A DNA stretch of 64,000 nucleotides from Flectonema sp. DT1601 (Eukaryota). The translations under genes and the position numbers were made by a program. The notes beneath the pieces were generated by a model. The model made no database searches. It was not told the origin of the DNA and was given only the letters and a program-made list of their open reading frames with translations. This document shows, piece after piece, positions 63,822 through 64,000 of the stretch. The DNA is taken from the NCBI GenBank assembly GCA_964019425.1, contig OZ025802.1, positions 248,001 through 312,000 of the forward strand. Reading direction: 5' to 3'. Position 1 is the stretch's first letter, and each line of letters opens with the position of its first letter.

Positions 63822-64000
63822 TATAATTGAGATTTAAAAAAACTTTTTTAAAAAAAAAAAATAATAATATAAATTACTTTCATTCTCTGAGATTGTTTTT
63901 CTCACATCACATTTTCGTAAGATTGAAATCACATTTTTTTCATGAAATTAGTTGTCGTTTTTGTTCTGTTGAATGAAAGACGTGTTCAGACTTCGTTTTT

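Overview
AT-rich eukaryotic genomic DNA, not prokaryotic. About 22 protein-coding genes all lie on the minus strand, separated by homopolymer-rich spacers. The one-directional gene array, sparse short GT-AG introns, YAG acceptor-like sites just upstream of ATGs and a receptor-type cyclase homologue suggest a euglenozoan, probably a diplonemid (inference, not verifiable here). Recognisable genes are STT3, RPL37, a TrmB-type tRNA m7G methyltransferase, a GH3 glycosidase, a Kv-type channel, a DPY-30-motif protein, an SLC35/TPT transporter, TMEM33/Pom33, a PPR protein and an EF-hand protein. Five homologues lack key residues: sulfatase, eIF4E, kinase, cyclase and SET. Non-genic highlights: (1) two inverted copies of a non-autonomous TIR element (CATAGATGGAAGTG ends, apparent 6-bp TSD) with a tRNA-like segment, one copy inserted into a probable splice acceptor 30 nt upstream of an ATG; (2) a roughly 135-bp poly(A)-tailed SINE-like repeat in four copies; (3) a mosaic repeat family; (4) introns and acceptors with A/C-rich rather than pyrimidine-rich 3' ends. 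All family assignments come from motif recognition by eye; no database searches were run.
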